A DNA stretch of 64,000 nucleotides from Octopus bimaculoides (GCF_001194135.2 NC_068982.1:149994153-150058152); one strand, 5' to 3'; positions 1 to 13,139 are shown, counted from the stretch's first letter. Program-made: numbers and translations. The notes: generated from the letters alone by a model not told the origin.

Positions 1-196
1 TAATGTAGGAAATAACATGAGGCAATTTGTTTGTTATTTCTGTAATGGTGAGAGACCTCGTTCACGTTACTTCGTTAACTTGCAGAGCTTTCTAAGTTGG
101 CTCAGGAAGTTTCTTTGTTGAATTGATAGAGGCTCCCTGAGCTTGATGAATGCATTGGATGCAAGTTAAATGAATTGGTCACAATGCAATGTAGAC

Positions 197-256
<60 letters not shown>
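197..256 (+). repeat. (AGAT)n microsatellite, representative of dozens of (TG)n/(CA)n, (TA)n, (TC)n, (GATA)n and (TACA)n arrays, e.g. 3490-3578, 5557-5637, 10921-11005, 63420-63545
   Basis: Read directly from the sequence. Confidence 0.97.
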
Positions 257-257
<1 letters not shown>

Positions 258-400
258 TACTCAATATAGTATGTTTTCAACAAACATCGTCAAAAAGGAG
301 GAGTTTTCCGAGGGTGAAATACAACTGTGATTAATATATTCGCCTTCAAATATGCCAGAAAATGTTCAGAATGAATAAGCTTACATCATTTTGATTCACA

Positions 401-440
<40 letters not shown>

Positions 441-555
441 ATGTAAAGCAACATTTGGAAAATAATAGATAATCCACCAAATTGTTTTTATTACAAACAG
501 CAGCTTGACATAAATATAATTTTGACACAAGCTTATAGGGGTATAAAGAGACAAC

Positions 556-700
556 TTATTCAACATGTCTGCCTTCATTGTCCACCACAGCATTCACACG
601 CTGCCTGAAGGCGTCACAACACTTCATGATGAAATACTCAGACATGTTGTCCCACTCTTCCCTCAGGATTTGCTTAAAATGATCAAGACACTCTACCAAA
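556..700 (-). mobile_element. Tc1/mariner transposase C-terminal relic, maT/DD37D-like
   Basis: Minus frame reads LVECLDHFKQILREEWDNMSEYFIMKCCDAFRQRVNAVVDNEGRHVE*, matching the typical ..C..FR.RL.AV...GG.IE* C-terminus. Confidence 0.7.
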
Positions 701-709
701 TTGGAGCAC

Positions 710-1045
710 TCTACCTGTTGGCATTAGTTTCAATTACGGCCTTACAACGGCAGGACATGGAGTTCGACAAATGAGCACAAAAATCACTTGGTATATTCTG
801 CCATATTTCTTCAATAAAATTATATAATTGAGACAAATTTGTTGATTTTTTTTAGCATGACCTCTTTTAGAAATATAATTCCATAAATTTTCTATCGGAT
901 TCAAATCCAGGCTCTGCGGAGGCCACTCAATAACTTCCATATTATGGCGCTCAAAATATTGCAAAAATTTCCTAGCCTTATGAACGGGGCAATAGTCCTG
1001 CTGGAAAATAGATCCCAGTGGCATCTGATTATTTAAATATTGCAA
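710..1045 (-). mobile_element. Tc1-type DDE transposase fragment, frameshifted
   Basis: FQQDYCPVH...EWPPQSLDLNPIENLW (DDE_3 motifs); a second frame ends SMSCRCKAVIETNANR*, like Tc1 SMPRRCEAVI. Confidence 0.88.
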
Positions 1046-1141
1046 AACATTTTCATTTACTAACTGCAGATAGCCAACACTGTTCAGTCTACCATCAACC
1101 TTAACAATTGAACCAATACCTACATATATATATAAATATAT

Positions 1142-1209
1142 GTACGTTCTGAGTACAATTTCCGCCGAGGTCGACTTTGCCTTTCATTCTTTCGAGGTCG
1201 ATAAATTAA
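1142..1209 (+). mobile_element. tRNA-derived SINE fragment (family C, OK-like), cut by a gap
   Basis: gttctgagtacaatttccgccgaggtcgactttgcctttcattctttcgaggtcgataaa; same core at 29160-29325, 56920-56990 and 60795-60922. Confidence 0.8.
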
Positions 1210-1612
1210 NNNNNNNNNNNNNNNNNNNNNNNNNNNNNNNNNNNNNNNNNNNNNNNNNNNNNNNNNNNNNNNNNNNNNNNNNNNNNNNNNNNNNNNNNNN
1301 NNNNNNNNNNNNNNNNNNNNNNNNNNNNNNNNNNNNNNNNNNNNNNNNNNNNNNNNNNNNNNNNNNNNNNNNNNNNNNNNNNNNNNNNNNNNNNNNNNNN
1401 NNNNNNNNNNNNNNNNNNNNNNNNNNNNNNNNNNNNNNNNNNNNNNNNNNNNNNNNNNNNNNNNNNNNNNNNNNNNATATACATATATATATACGACTGG
1501 AGAGTAGCACAGGTAATTGCAAACATTTATAGACATATGCACGCACACTCACTCACACTTACACTCACACGCACACATACACACGGAAGCGGAGAAAGGG
1601 AGAGGTGATGAA

Positions 1613-1653
<41 letters not shown>

Positions 1654-1869
1654 GTAGATAGTCAGGTAAATAAATATATTTGACAAACAAATAAATATGA
1701 ATGCAAATAAAAGAAGATACTGGTAAAAAGTAAAAATCAATATCCATATAACCGTTTATGTAGACAGCCAGCTACATAATAATACACACTAATACATACA
1801 AGCAAACAAAGGAAACACGTTTGTATATGCCATCTTTAGGAGTACTAATACAGACCAGTTACAGATGAT

Positions 1870-2370
1870 AAATAAAAATTCACTTAAAGGTAAGATCGAG
1901 ACAGGTATATAGAATGAAGTGAAGCAAAATTTGGTTGAAGGAACACAGAATGCTGGGAGTATATGAAGAGGAAAACAGTTAAGATTTGAAAATTCCAGAT
2001 GTGCGTTTGGAGATGGCGAAAAGAAAAGATATGAAAGATTACCTAATACGAAATATTAGAATATATAAAAGCTATTATATAAAAATATATATAATAACAT
2101 AATCATTATAAGGAAGATTACCAAATATGGATAATGGCAATGGAGATATAAACGGAAGGAGAGAAAACTTAGTTTATGTATTCTGATGATAGAAAATCTC
2201 ATCTCTGTATTTCTTCGAACTTCATTTATTTATTTCAGCAACTAATATTTTAAGCACACCTTCTGACTTTCAACTTCTCCACTTTCTATAACGTAATTTC
2301 TTGTTCTTTTGTTACTTCCTGATGGGTCTTAACCGGCGAAACGTCTAAGTAACAGCCTCTTTATACGGTA
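1870..2370 (+). mobile_element. Probable Penelope-like element 3' relic ending in a hammerhead-like motif
   Basis: Degenerate coding-like stretch followed by ...cctgatg...cgaaacgtc..., the usual PLE terminal signature. Confidence 0.4.
2311..2353 (+). ncRNA. Decayed minimal type-I hammerhead ribozyme motif
   Basis: Stem I GTTACTT/AAGTAAC, core CTGATGG (A9 replaced by G), GAA, palindromic stem III ACGT, GTC site; stem II disrupted. Confidence 0.6.
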
Positions 2371-2989
2371 ACTATTTTATAAAAGAGCAGAGGAGAAAGT
2401 GAAAAAAACGGGAGAAAGACACAGCAACACACACATATGCACGGGCGCACGCACATGTATTTATGTATATATATATATATGTANNNNNNNNNNNNNNNNN
2501 NNNNNNNNNNNNNNNNNNNNNNNNNNNNNNNNNNNNNNNNNNNNNNNNNNNNNNNNNNNNNNNNNNNNNNNNNNNNNNNNNNNNNNNNNNNNNNNNNNNN
2601 NNNNNNNNNNNNNNNNNNNNNNNNNNNNNNNNNNNNNNNNNNNNNNNNNNNNNNNNNNNNNNNNNNNNNNNNNNNNNNNNNNNNNNNNNNNNNNNNNNNN
2701 NNNNNNNNNNNNNNNNNNNNNNNNNNNNNNNNNNNNNNNNNNNNNNNNNNNNNNNNNNNNNNNNNNNNNNNNNNNNNNNNNNNNNNNNNNNNNNNNNNNN
2801 NNNNNNNNNNNNNNNNNNNNNNNNNNNNNNNNNATATATATAGTGAAACGACTAAGGAACATAAGTAAACAGGAGAAAATGAACCTGGACACGCTCATCC
2901 CTCATCAGTTATCGACCAAAAATTCTATGCAAAAAGAAATATTTGATCACTGAGAGTGCAATGATACTTTAACGTTATGCCGTGCCTTC

Positions 2990-3210
2990 ATGCCATGACA
3001 TAAAATTTGTAGCATAGCTGCTACGATTTATGTCTATATGATTTTACGCTATGACTGTATGGTTACGACTTTATGGCGATGTAGCTTTAGGCTATCACTT
3101 TACGTCTTTGTTACTGTACTCTACGACATTGTAGTTCTGTTACTCTAAGCTACGACTTTTATGTATATTTGACTTTATGGCTTTTATGCTACGGCTTAGT
3201 TACTATGTGA
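2990..3210 (+). repeat. Degenerate minisatellite, roughly 10-15 bp unit like tacgactttatggc
   Basis: Recurrent tacgactttatgg, tacgatttatg, ctacgacattg and tgactttatggc words. Confidence 0.6.
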
Positions 3211-3488
3211 ATTAAATTGGAGAAATGGACCTCAAACACACAACATAAAGAAAACATGAGATATGTACCACGATATATGCAAATGCACACGCACACACAC
3301 ATATATGTGTGTGTGTATGTGTGTATATGTATATACATACATACATACATACCACACAAGGGGACTCTTGTCTCCTTATATTAAGCTCTTCTAGCTTCGG
3401 CCTTCTCAGATGTAACTCTTGAAATATAAAGAATTTACTCACATCGATACGTACGTTTGTATATAGATACACTCATATACATACAAGG

Positions 3489-3581
<93 letters not shown>

Positions 3582-4559
3582 AATATAACACTCGCAAGCG
3601 AACGTGTGTTGATAACAGTATGTAATAAACTTTCGTTAAGAGAAAGTCTAAGTGGAAACGAGGGAGAGATATATGGAGCTAGATAGCTAGATAAAAAAAA
3701 AGGTTACGGACGCATGTGTGCGTATGTGTGTCCGTGAGTGTGTATGTGTGCCTGTGCCTGTGCTTGTATATGCGTGTATGTGTGTGTTTGTGAATTTGTG
3801 TATACACATGCATATATACAGACATTCACTTACTATATATGGAGGTATATATATGTGTATATATATATACATACACATGTGTGTATATATATATATATAT
3901 ATATATTCATACATACACACACACACATGTATGTATGTATATCAGATAATAAGTAGGAAACAGCAGATTACAATAGAAAAATAAAAATCTAAAGAAATAT
4001 AAAAATATTTTACAAAATCTCCATATTGGCTTTAAAGATGTTTTTATTTTGTTTCTTTAGTTGCTGTTTATCTGACTGATAAATATTTTGCAGACGCAGC
4101 TTCTAATCTATAGAAGTGGAGAAAAAACAGTTCACTCCCTTTAGAAATGTGAAAAAAATATATAAATCTTCCTTTAATATAGCTTTTTAAATTATTTTAT
4201 GTACGCAAATGCACCTGAATGCAAACATCACTTTGCTGTTGGAATATATCATTTTTAACAAAAAAAAGTTGTATCTTATATATGTCTATGCCATAAAATG
4301 TATGATAACCGTTTGTGATTTCATTGGCAGGAGAGTTAGTGGTGATAGCTTACATAGTTGGGAGATTATGATGGCGGCGGTGTCAACTGACTTAACTCCA
4401 ATGGGAATGTTGTATGTGGTTATGGTTATTATAGTGATACTGTCGCCTGTGGTAGCTTTGATGAAGATGAGTATTATGGTAGTGGTGGAGGTGGTGTTGG
4501 TGGCGGCGGCTGTAGTAGTAGTGATAGTGATAGAATAATTTCGTCTAAAGTGTTAGTGT

Positions 4560-4925
4560 TGTCTCACCCCAGCTCTAACGCGCTAGTTTTAAGTTTTATA
4601 ATGAACATAATGAATTTTAGTATCGGCTTTAAACCATCGAAATGATATGCGTAAGTTTTTTTTTTTTTTATTGTCCCAGATATGGTGAGGATTTGTAGCA
4701 TATAAATTAAGAATCTGCTTATTTTCCTCGAAGAACCCAAGCTCAGCTATATTTTGATCCAGCCAGGTTGATACATATCCCATACTCAGTAATAATGGGT
4801 ACAAACTGAAAGCGTATTTCGGGTACTGGATTGTTAGGCTTCTCATTGATGGTCTATAAATATCTTCTTTCTTCCGTAGTTTTCGTACCATATTGATGTC
4901 AAGCGGACAGTTGTCTACAAGAACA
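4560..4925 (-). mobile_element. R4/Dong-type LINE 3' fragment (restriction-like endonuclease)
   Basis: CPLDINMVRKLRKKEDIYRPSMRSLTIQYPKYAF..LLSMGYVSTWLDQN, homologous to the ORF at 53419-53781. Confidence 0.75.
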
Positions 4926-5554
4926 GAATATATTTTTATTTAGTTGTGCGGTACATCAATATCAATTTAGTTGTGATTTAATGTTTGTTGTTTGTATTCT
5001 TAGTTTCAGTTAATATTCTTTTGATCCACCGGCTTAGATATGTTCATCTTTATTTGTTTTTTCTTCNNNNNNNNNNNNNNNNNNNNNNNNNNNNNNNNNN
5101 NNNNNNNNNNNNNNNNNNNNNNNNNNNNNNNNNNNNNNNNNNNNNNNNNNNNNNNNNNNTATTCTTTTGATCCACCGGCTTAGATATGTTCATCTTTATT
5201 TGTTTTTTCTTCATACTTATTCTATTCCAAATAGTTTTGACTCCTAACTCTCGCATTACGTGGCATGATATCAAAAGTTCATTCTCTCACAGATGACAAT
5301 AATCTGCCGGATGTCTTCATTTTTAATTATGTTTAGTTTCTATTTGTTGTCGGCTCGCAACAAATATAAGTTTATGCAAAACCTGCATTTCATGTGAAAG
5401 GGCCTGGATGGGAAATTTTCCTAGATTGCATGGAGATAACCTTCGAAGTATACTTTTTGGTATTCGATATCAGGTTTTTAATATGATTCTTTTCCTTTGT
5501 GGACTTGTTTTTATTATTCAAGTATTCATGTACAATCTTCACAATGAACAGTTC

Positions 5555-5639
<85 letters not shown>

Positions 5640-5789
5640 AGTAGCATTTTAAAAATATTTCTTTGAAGGATATCTATGTTAAATCTTATTTCATGCCACT
5701 TCAAGTATAACTGTTCGAATGTTTTTTATCATCACACTCCCAACTTGAGCGAAATAGTTTATCTTTTTTCTCTCTTCTAGAGACGTTTA

Positions 5790-6720
5790 TTTAGTGTCAC
5801 AACTTGGGTTTCTTATAATGTTGATACAAATTTGAGACCATGGTCACCACCATTATATGGGGAATATAATTTGCCTATATCTCTGTTGATGTGGAATTTT
5901 CGGTAACACTGGACAGCTTGCGATCTCTTGCATCCATCTAGTTAAGTTCTTGTAATGATCAATCCAGGAAGCCAAATGTAGTTAGGATAGACATTGCAAA
6001 AGTGTCGTGAATGACATACATATTAAAGGTTGAAAGTTTTTATGACCTTACTTTCTTTTGTTTTTACCCGAATGTAGAAGTTGTACTGTTAAACCGCATA
6101 AGCAGTCATTACAAGCTAAACAACAGAAATGCTTTGCATATTTTCACACTTCCACTTATGACGTGAAATCTCTTTATTACTCTTGATTCTTCTGGTTTTT
6201 GTGAGGTCCAGCTTCTCGAGATTAGTCCGAGGCATTTGATTACGTAACCCAAATAAACAGAGATATAAATTTAAAGTTATATTCCGGGTGTAGAATCTGT
6301 ACATGTCTTAGTTCATCACTCGCACTTTCTTTTTCCTATACCAGATATCTGATCTGTTGTGCCTATATTTTACAAAGGTTTTGACTTCATCACACCAGTA
6401 GTCTTTTCTCTTATAGGCGAGTATTCCTGTACATCCCTTAAACTTTTAAAATTATCTTAAACACTATTAATTTCTATGTTTTCTATTGTATAGTATTTTA
6501 GCTATTACATCATGCTTCATAGGTAGGTGGCCTCTTCATGACATTTCGGACAACTAATTATGATATGTGTAACATATTCCGTGTTAATTCCACAGAGCTT
6601 TCGCTGGTTGTCATATCTGTTTTCCCTGCATCTCTGTCGATTTTGTGAACCAGGTTTTTATTTATTATTTTTTGTTCTTGAATTGCAAAAGTATACTCTG
6701 CTTATTTATGCTATTGACAC
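5790..6720 (-). mobile_element. R4/Dong-type LINE internal relic (RT and downstream region)
   Basis: FAMSILTTFGFLD*SLQELN*MDARDRKL and KLYSPYNGGDHGL, resembling the RLY.PR..GGRGL motif; many stops. The upstream boundary is less certain. Confidence 0.7.
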
Positions 6721-8824
6721 TGAAGTTCTCTGACAACATAAACATACATGACCTTTTGCTAATAAGCAAAAAGCTTTTCATTTCATGTTGGGTTGCAGTA
6801 GATTTGTAATGTTTTTACGCATGCGTGTATGAATGTAAGAGCGTATGCTTTCAGCATTTTACTTAATTTAGCTGTCAATGGCGAACAATGATGTAAACTC
6901 GGTTTCGATTCTCTGAAGCTGTAGTGAATTTGTATTCTTTTACACAGTAAGGTTTTTAGTACCTGAAATTATTTAAATGTTTGCTGTTGAGAGAAGTTAG
7001 ATAAGTCGAAATGCGAGTGCTGAACGTATTTAGATCGGTATCTTACGACTTTAAAAACACTTGCAAGAATATATGTATATAATAATATAAGTCTATAACT
7101 TTATATGCAATAGAATTGTAGTTCTTTACTTTCAAAATTATTGCTTGCTCGTGAGTCATGCACTTCTCGCTCACAATATTTTCCTTATATACAAGCAATA
7201 AAAATAGTGGATTCCAAGACAGACACAAGGCCACAGATTAAGCGAAGGGACACAGTCTACTATAGAGACTCAACTTGATTTTATTCAGCTTCGATGCATT
7301 GAACTCAAAACGCAAAGCGTTATCACTAACAAAATTTTGTGGTATTTCGTACGACGTTCTAATGATTCTTCCAAATCACCAATAGTAAAAGTGTTAAAAG
7401 GATATAAAACGATTTTTTTTTTTTTGGTAAGAGATAACTGAAATGAAAGGATTCCCTGGGGTGTATAAACAGACATTAATTCTTGGAGTGTGGTACATAG
7501 AAATGAAAGTCTTCAACCACACGCCGATACTGACAACGAATAATGAGGAGTTTTTTTTAATTAGTGCAAATCACAATTTTGTAGGGAAGATTTATAAGCA
7601 AATAAATCAATCACACACTATAACAGACACTTACTTTATGGACTTTGGGGGAATATTAGCCAAAGTCAACTTTGGCGATATTTGAACTCACAAATTAAAC
7701 TAAAACTCTAAAGTCCACTGTGCTACTGCTGCTGATATTCCGCCACGCTCATATACGTAACTATATTTTTAAACGTATCTTCTTAAATTAGCACCAGTGT
7801 ACATGTTCTCTACTTAGACACTCACCAAACGCCAAGAAGCAAAGCTTGATTGGTTCTTACACCTGCATGTTGCAAGTCGTTCTGAATATCTTGGAAAAAG
7901 CATCCTACAAGACTTGTATGGCAGTCTTCTTGCAATCACTGATGTCGTTAGAGAGATGCATATGTTTTGTAGGAGTAAACTGGAGAGCAAAGCTAGAATT
8001 CATTAATAATATATTGTTATGGACATCCCGATATCAATATACACGGGTAAATTAGATTCAGCTCGACCAGATGATGAGAAAAATTATTTTTTTATAATTA
8101 AGATGTTTTTGGAACATAACTTTAAAATATCTGACTTAACTCTTTGAACTCGCGAGTACGATTAAACGAACGCAATTTTGTTTGACTATAGCCCTAGAAG
8201 ACACTATAGTTATGTGTTTACGGCTAAAAATAATGCTTTTTTTGCAAATTAGCGAGCGTTAATGCAAAACCAAGAGGCCTTCCACTTTTGAATCTTCCAG
8301 AGTGTATAGTGAAACGAAATTGCGTTAGCTAAAGCGTGCGGACGGATTTATCAGATTAAAATTAAAATTGAAGATTTCATTCAAATCTTCCTTCCTTGCA
8401 CAAACAGATCGGCGATCACCTTCTGGTGACTTCCTTAACAAGGACATAATGTTTCAATGATTGTCATGACATTTTCACGCGAGAATAAAATGCTGCTTTC
8501 CCATTGCTTTCCTTCTAATGATTTTTACAAGGATCCATATTGTCAGCTATCGTAGATTCTAAAGAAGAAAGTAGAATCGATCTTCTCCCCCATCGTACCT
8601 CAATGGAAATTTTATGTATCGACCCTGAACAGATACAAAAGATCTAAGCATAAGTATTTTAAAATGAAAGATCATGTATGAGAAAACCAGAGGTAGTCTC
8701 AGACATGTCAGTTTCAATAGGGTTAACAAAAATACCTCGTGATATTTTTATTCAGTGCACTTGTTTATCTGTTTTCTAGTCGATATATAACGCGTACACA
8801 AACACACACACACGCACACGCACG

Positions 8825-8869
<45 letters not shown>

Positions 8870-9329
8870 NNNNNNNNNNNNNNNNNNNNNNNNNNNNNNN
8901 NNNNNNNNNNNNNNNNNNNNNNNNNNNNNNNNNNNNNNNNNNNNNNNNNNNNNNNNNNNNNNNNNNNNNNNNNNNNNNNNNNNNNNNNNNNNNNNNNNNN
9001 NNNNNNNNNNNNNNNNNNNNNNNNNNNNNNNNNNNNNNNNNNNNNNNNNNNNNNNNNNNNNNNNNNNNNNNNNNNNNNNNNNNNNNNNNNNNNNNNNNNN
9101 NNNNNNNNNNNNNNNNNNNNNNNNNNNNNNNNNNNNNNNNNNNNNNNNNNNNNNNNNNNNNNNNNNNNNNNNNNNNNNNNNNNNNNNNNNNNNNNNNNNN
9201 NNNNNNNNNNNNNNNNNNNNNNNNNNNNNNNNNNNNNNNNNNNNNNNNNNNNNNNNNNNNNNNNNNNNNNNNNNNNNNNNNNNNNNNNNNNNNNNNNNNN
9301 NNNNNNNNNNNNNNNNNNNNNNNNNNNNN

Positions 9330-9377
<48 letters not shown>

Positions 9378-9459
9378 ACGGGATTTCGCACATTTTCTCT
9401 CGAGGGATAAGAGAATTTTATTTACAAAGAATTCATCAAATCAGGGCTATGAAAGAAAA

Positions 9460-9548
9460 TACTTACCTAAAGTGCCACGCTGTAGGACCGGACTCGAATC
9501 GCATGGATACGAAGCTAACCGCGCCCGTTAGCCACACAGTCATCTCCA
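9460..9548 (-). mobile_element. CORE-type SINE family A head fragment
   Basis: acttacctaaagtgccacgctgtaggaccggactcgaatc...agccacacagtc, similar to the head at 43680-43766. Confidence 0.6.
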
Positions 9549-10599
9549 CAACATTAAATTTCAATGTTTGGTTCATAAAATATACTATCAAAGCAAAATT
9601 ACTTAGTAACTGTAGGTATCAGCTTTTGCACGGTAAATTTCTCATTCATAATTCAAAAACCTTTTATTCTCATTTATTTTTTTACACCTTCTTCGTCTGC
9701 TCAGCATGAGTGAATGTATTTCATCATTACATGTAAGAGTGTGTGTGATTGTGATTTATTTTCCCTTGTAACATTTTCCACAATAACTTCTCTTTGTTTT
9801 GTTTTTTTGTTTTTTGTTTTTTTTGTTTTTTTTTGAGGATTCATATATATTCTACACTCACTACAGTCATATGTTCTAAAGGACCTCCAGTTTTGCACAA
9901 TGCTAGCTGGGGATTAACAGAGAACGCCGAATGAGATTGTATATGATTCAGTGTATGGATGCAGCATAGGAAACTAAGTACTAAAGATGTCATATTCTAA
10001 ATACATGCATACTTACACACAAACACTTAGATAGAAACAGTTCAAATTCAAAGCAAACACATCTACAATTATTTACACATATGAGCTTCAACACACGATC
10101 TCAAGCACACACGTGCGCGCACATACACACACAATAGAATCAAACACATATATGTACATGTGTGTATGTATATGTGTGTGTATATATATATATATATATA
10201 TAGTGTGTGTATCATATGTGTACATATATAATATATTTTGTACAGATAAAATATAAAGCCTTAATCTTTGCTAAAAGAATTCTTCTCTTACTAAAGACAA
10301 GATAGATATTCTACACGCTAGTGTTAGACGTACAGTTATTGAGTTTGAGGGAAAGTTATGGACTAGAAAAGACAGGCTGAAGAATTCTCTTATCACAGTG
10401 AGATCTAGCGACTTTGGCCAGGTCACTGACTTCTTTGGTATCTATTTGTTATATTGTTTGCGAGAAGTTTTTCCTTTTTTTAGCTGGAGGTCTATACAAG
10501 AACGATGCATTGTTTATTATCCCTAGCAATAGTAAGGTAGGTATACATGGAGAGGACTAGGAAGAAACTAAGAAATTTTTTTAAATATTACTTTTGAAT

Positions 10600-10890
10600 A
10601 TAACAAAGAACGAACTCCGAGAAATGGATAAAAAAAAAACAGGGAAGTGATGACAAGGAACAAGGAACTGCATCCTAAAAGTGATATCGATGGACTGTAT
10701 GTACCTAGTTACAAGGGAGGAAGAGGTTTCATGGGATGCACGATTTGTGTTGTCAATGAGGAAGACAGTCTGAGATGATACGTCAAACAGCAGATTGAAC
10801 CTTTATTTGTCGCTGTCAAAAATAGCAACACGATACCTAACGCAAATATGACACACCCAAAATACATTTAAGAAACAAGATGGAAAGATT
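10600..10890 (+). mobile_element. R4/Dong-type LINE fragment
   Basis: ELREMD....MTRNKELHPKSDIDGLYVPSYKGGRGFMGCTICVVNEEDSLR*YVKQ. Confidence 0.8.
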
Positions 10891-10931
10891 AAATAGCTGT
10901 GTATGTATGTGTGTGTGTATAGATAGATAGG

Positions 10932-11005
<74 letters not shown>

Positions 11006-11820
11006 CTTACACACACGAACACTCATATATCCTTAAGTTAATGTTTTAGTGAAGTGGTAATGTAATAGTTCAAACGTTATACGACAACCTAACTATACTT
11101 AAATGCAAAAAATGTGAAGTGCATTCATTTGATTTTGTAAAGCAAATGTCATAAAGCACTACTCAACTAGTGTCACATTCCTACATAACATTTTAAACTG
11201 GTGCGCTAAGCATTATTAAATACAAAAATCAATCTAATGTCTACACACTCCTCCGAAATTTCTGGCTTTCTACCTATGTTGAAAACCACAAATAATATTA
11301 GAAGGAATTAATTGCATTCAGTATATGTATAAACTCAATTTGAAAAAAGCTGTTTGCACAAAATTTCTCGTTGGTAAATTCAGATATATTTACATGTATT
11401 CCTTCATTGCATTTATTTCATATGTTGTGAGGTATTTTATATAATTTCTGTAATTTAAATGATATATGCAGTTAAAAACCAATAAAAAAATATGTGGATA
11501 CGAATTATTACAGTGACAGCTTAGGGGCATTGCAGTAAAACTATAACTATTTTTAGTAATTTGTAAATTTGACAGATTTTAGACGCCATATTTGTAATCA
11601 TTTAAGACATTGATTTTCTGAGAACTACTCACAATGGAAACTCATTCTCCAATACTTGTAAGGTGGGGGCCCCTCGTTATATATATTTAATGGCTAGGTA
11701 TCAAGGGATTAATCTGCGTGCTTTTCGTCCACTTCTTTCAAGCGTCTTGCATAGCATATCTGGATGTCATTTAGATTCAATACAAAGAACTATATGCGTG
11801 TGTATGTGTATAAATATATG

Positions 11821-11853
<33 letters not shown>

Positions 11854-12519
11854 ATAAATATGCCTATAGAAACACTCGGACGGACAACCCCTCACACACG
11901 CGCGCACACACCCACATACACACACACACACATACATCACAATGACGGATTTACAATTGAAAATCTTTATAGAATCACACAAGGAAAGATTAATATATCA
12001 CTAACCTCGATGGTAGATAGCTTAGAAATTGATATTGTAATGATATGTTAGCTTTTAATCATCTCGATCAAAACAATTTCTCCATTCCATGTAAAATCGC
12101 GTGTGTATTTTGTTTCCAGATAAGTGCTGTTTGTTCTAAGATAACGCAGCCGCAACTAAGATTCAGATTTTAGTATAATATTGATTGAAGTACACGTATC
12201 TTATTTAATCACAGAAAGTTCCATGTCAGATTTTCGAAAACAATCTTCGACTCTCAAGTGAAATTCCAGTGGGCATATAAAAGGAAACTTTTATCGACAA
12301 TTGAGAATTGATCTGAAAATTTATTGAAGTACATTTTCTTATGTTAAATGGAAATGGTGAGCAGTTAGAAATTTTAAAAAGCTGAAGAGACTGAATAAGA
12401 GAAAATATTTTATGAAGGAAAATTTTCAGTAAATAATGTTGAATCTTTTGTCTTTAAAACTATACTAGTCTATCTCATTTTTAGAATCAAACTGTAAATT
12501 GCTTAAGCATGTTTATGCG

Positions 12520-12665
12520 TTATATATGTATATTCCTTTCTGTTGAAGAGCGTAGGCTCGAAACGTAAAAGACTTTCTCACTTTCTCGAGCGTCAAACTA
12601 ATAAACCTGCTTGTTGTTGATACACCTGTCTTCGTCTTTTGTTATTCTGTAAATTTCAACTATGT
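12520..12665 (+). mobile_element. Non-autonomous PLE-type terminal unit (family P1) with hammerhead-like motif at 12536-12571
   Basis: cttt-CTGTTGA-a-gagc-gtag-gctc-GAA-acgt-a-aaag; second copy at 54820-54995 on the minus strand. Confidence 0.75.
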
Positions 12666-12684
12666 TTGTGTGTCTGTGTGTAGT

Positions 12685-12890
12685 AAATCCAAAAAAAAGA
12701 AGAGCAACAAACACAAAAAAACAACAACGCGAGGTACATGTAAAAAGTATTAGCAGACGCTCAGGGAAGGAAAGAAAGATGGTTTAATGTTTCGAGCATC
12801 GTTCTTCTTCAGAAACAGAGGAAAAGCCAATAGAAAGGAAAACGGAGGAAGAAAATCGCCAACGATTCACATGTGGTTACATTTTAAATG
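12685..12890 (-). mobile_element. Non-autonomous PLE-type terminal unit (family P2) with decayed hammerhead at 12782-12816
   Basis: Minus strand gttt-CTGAAGA-a-gaac-gat-gctc-GAA-acat-t-aaac; stem III ACGT mutated to ACAT. Confidence 0.65.
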
Positions 12891-13139
12891 TAATATACGT
12901 ACGAAGTGAAATAACTTAGAGCAGTCAGTGGTACGAATTTGGACAACAAATACGCAGAAAGTAATACTAAAAACCATAGAGGTAATTCTTGATCTAGGGA
13001 AATTATTTTCTCTGAGAGAGAAGATAAACAGGCACCTAGTGGCGATTACAACCGGCTACGAATGAGAAGCAGAAATAGTCTCAGAGACAAGAAAACACCC
13101 ATGAACAAATGTTTCTGCCGCAATGTACGTCGTCGACAC

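Noticed and set aside
5014-5212. Identical 53-bp sequence on both sides of the gap at 5067-5159
   Set aside because: Typical unmerged contig overlap; most likely an assembly artefact rather than a real duplication.
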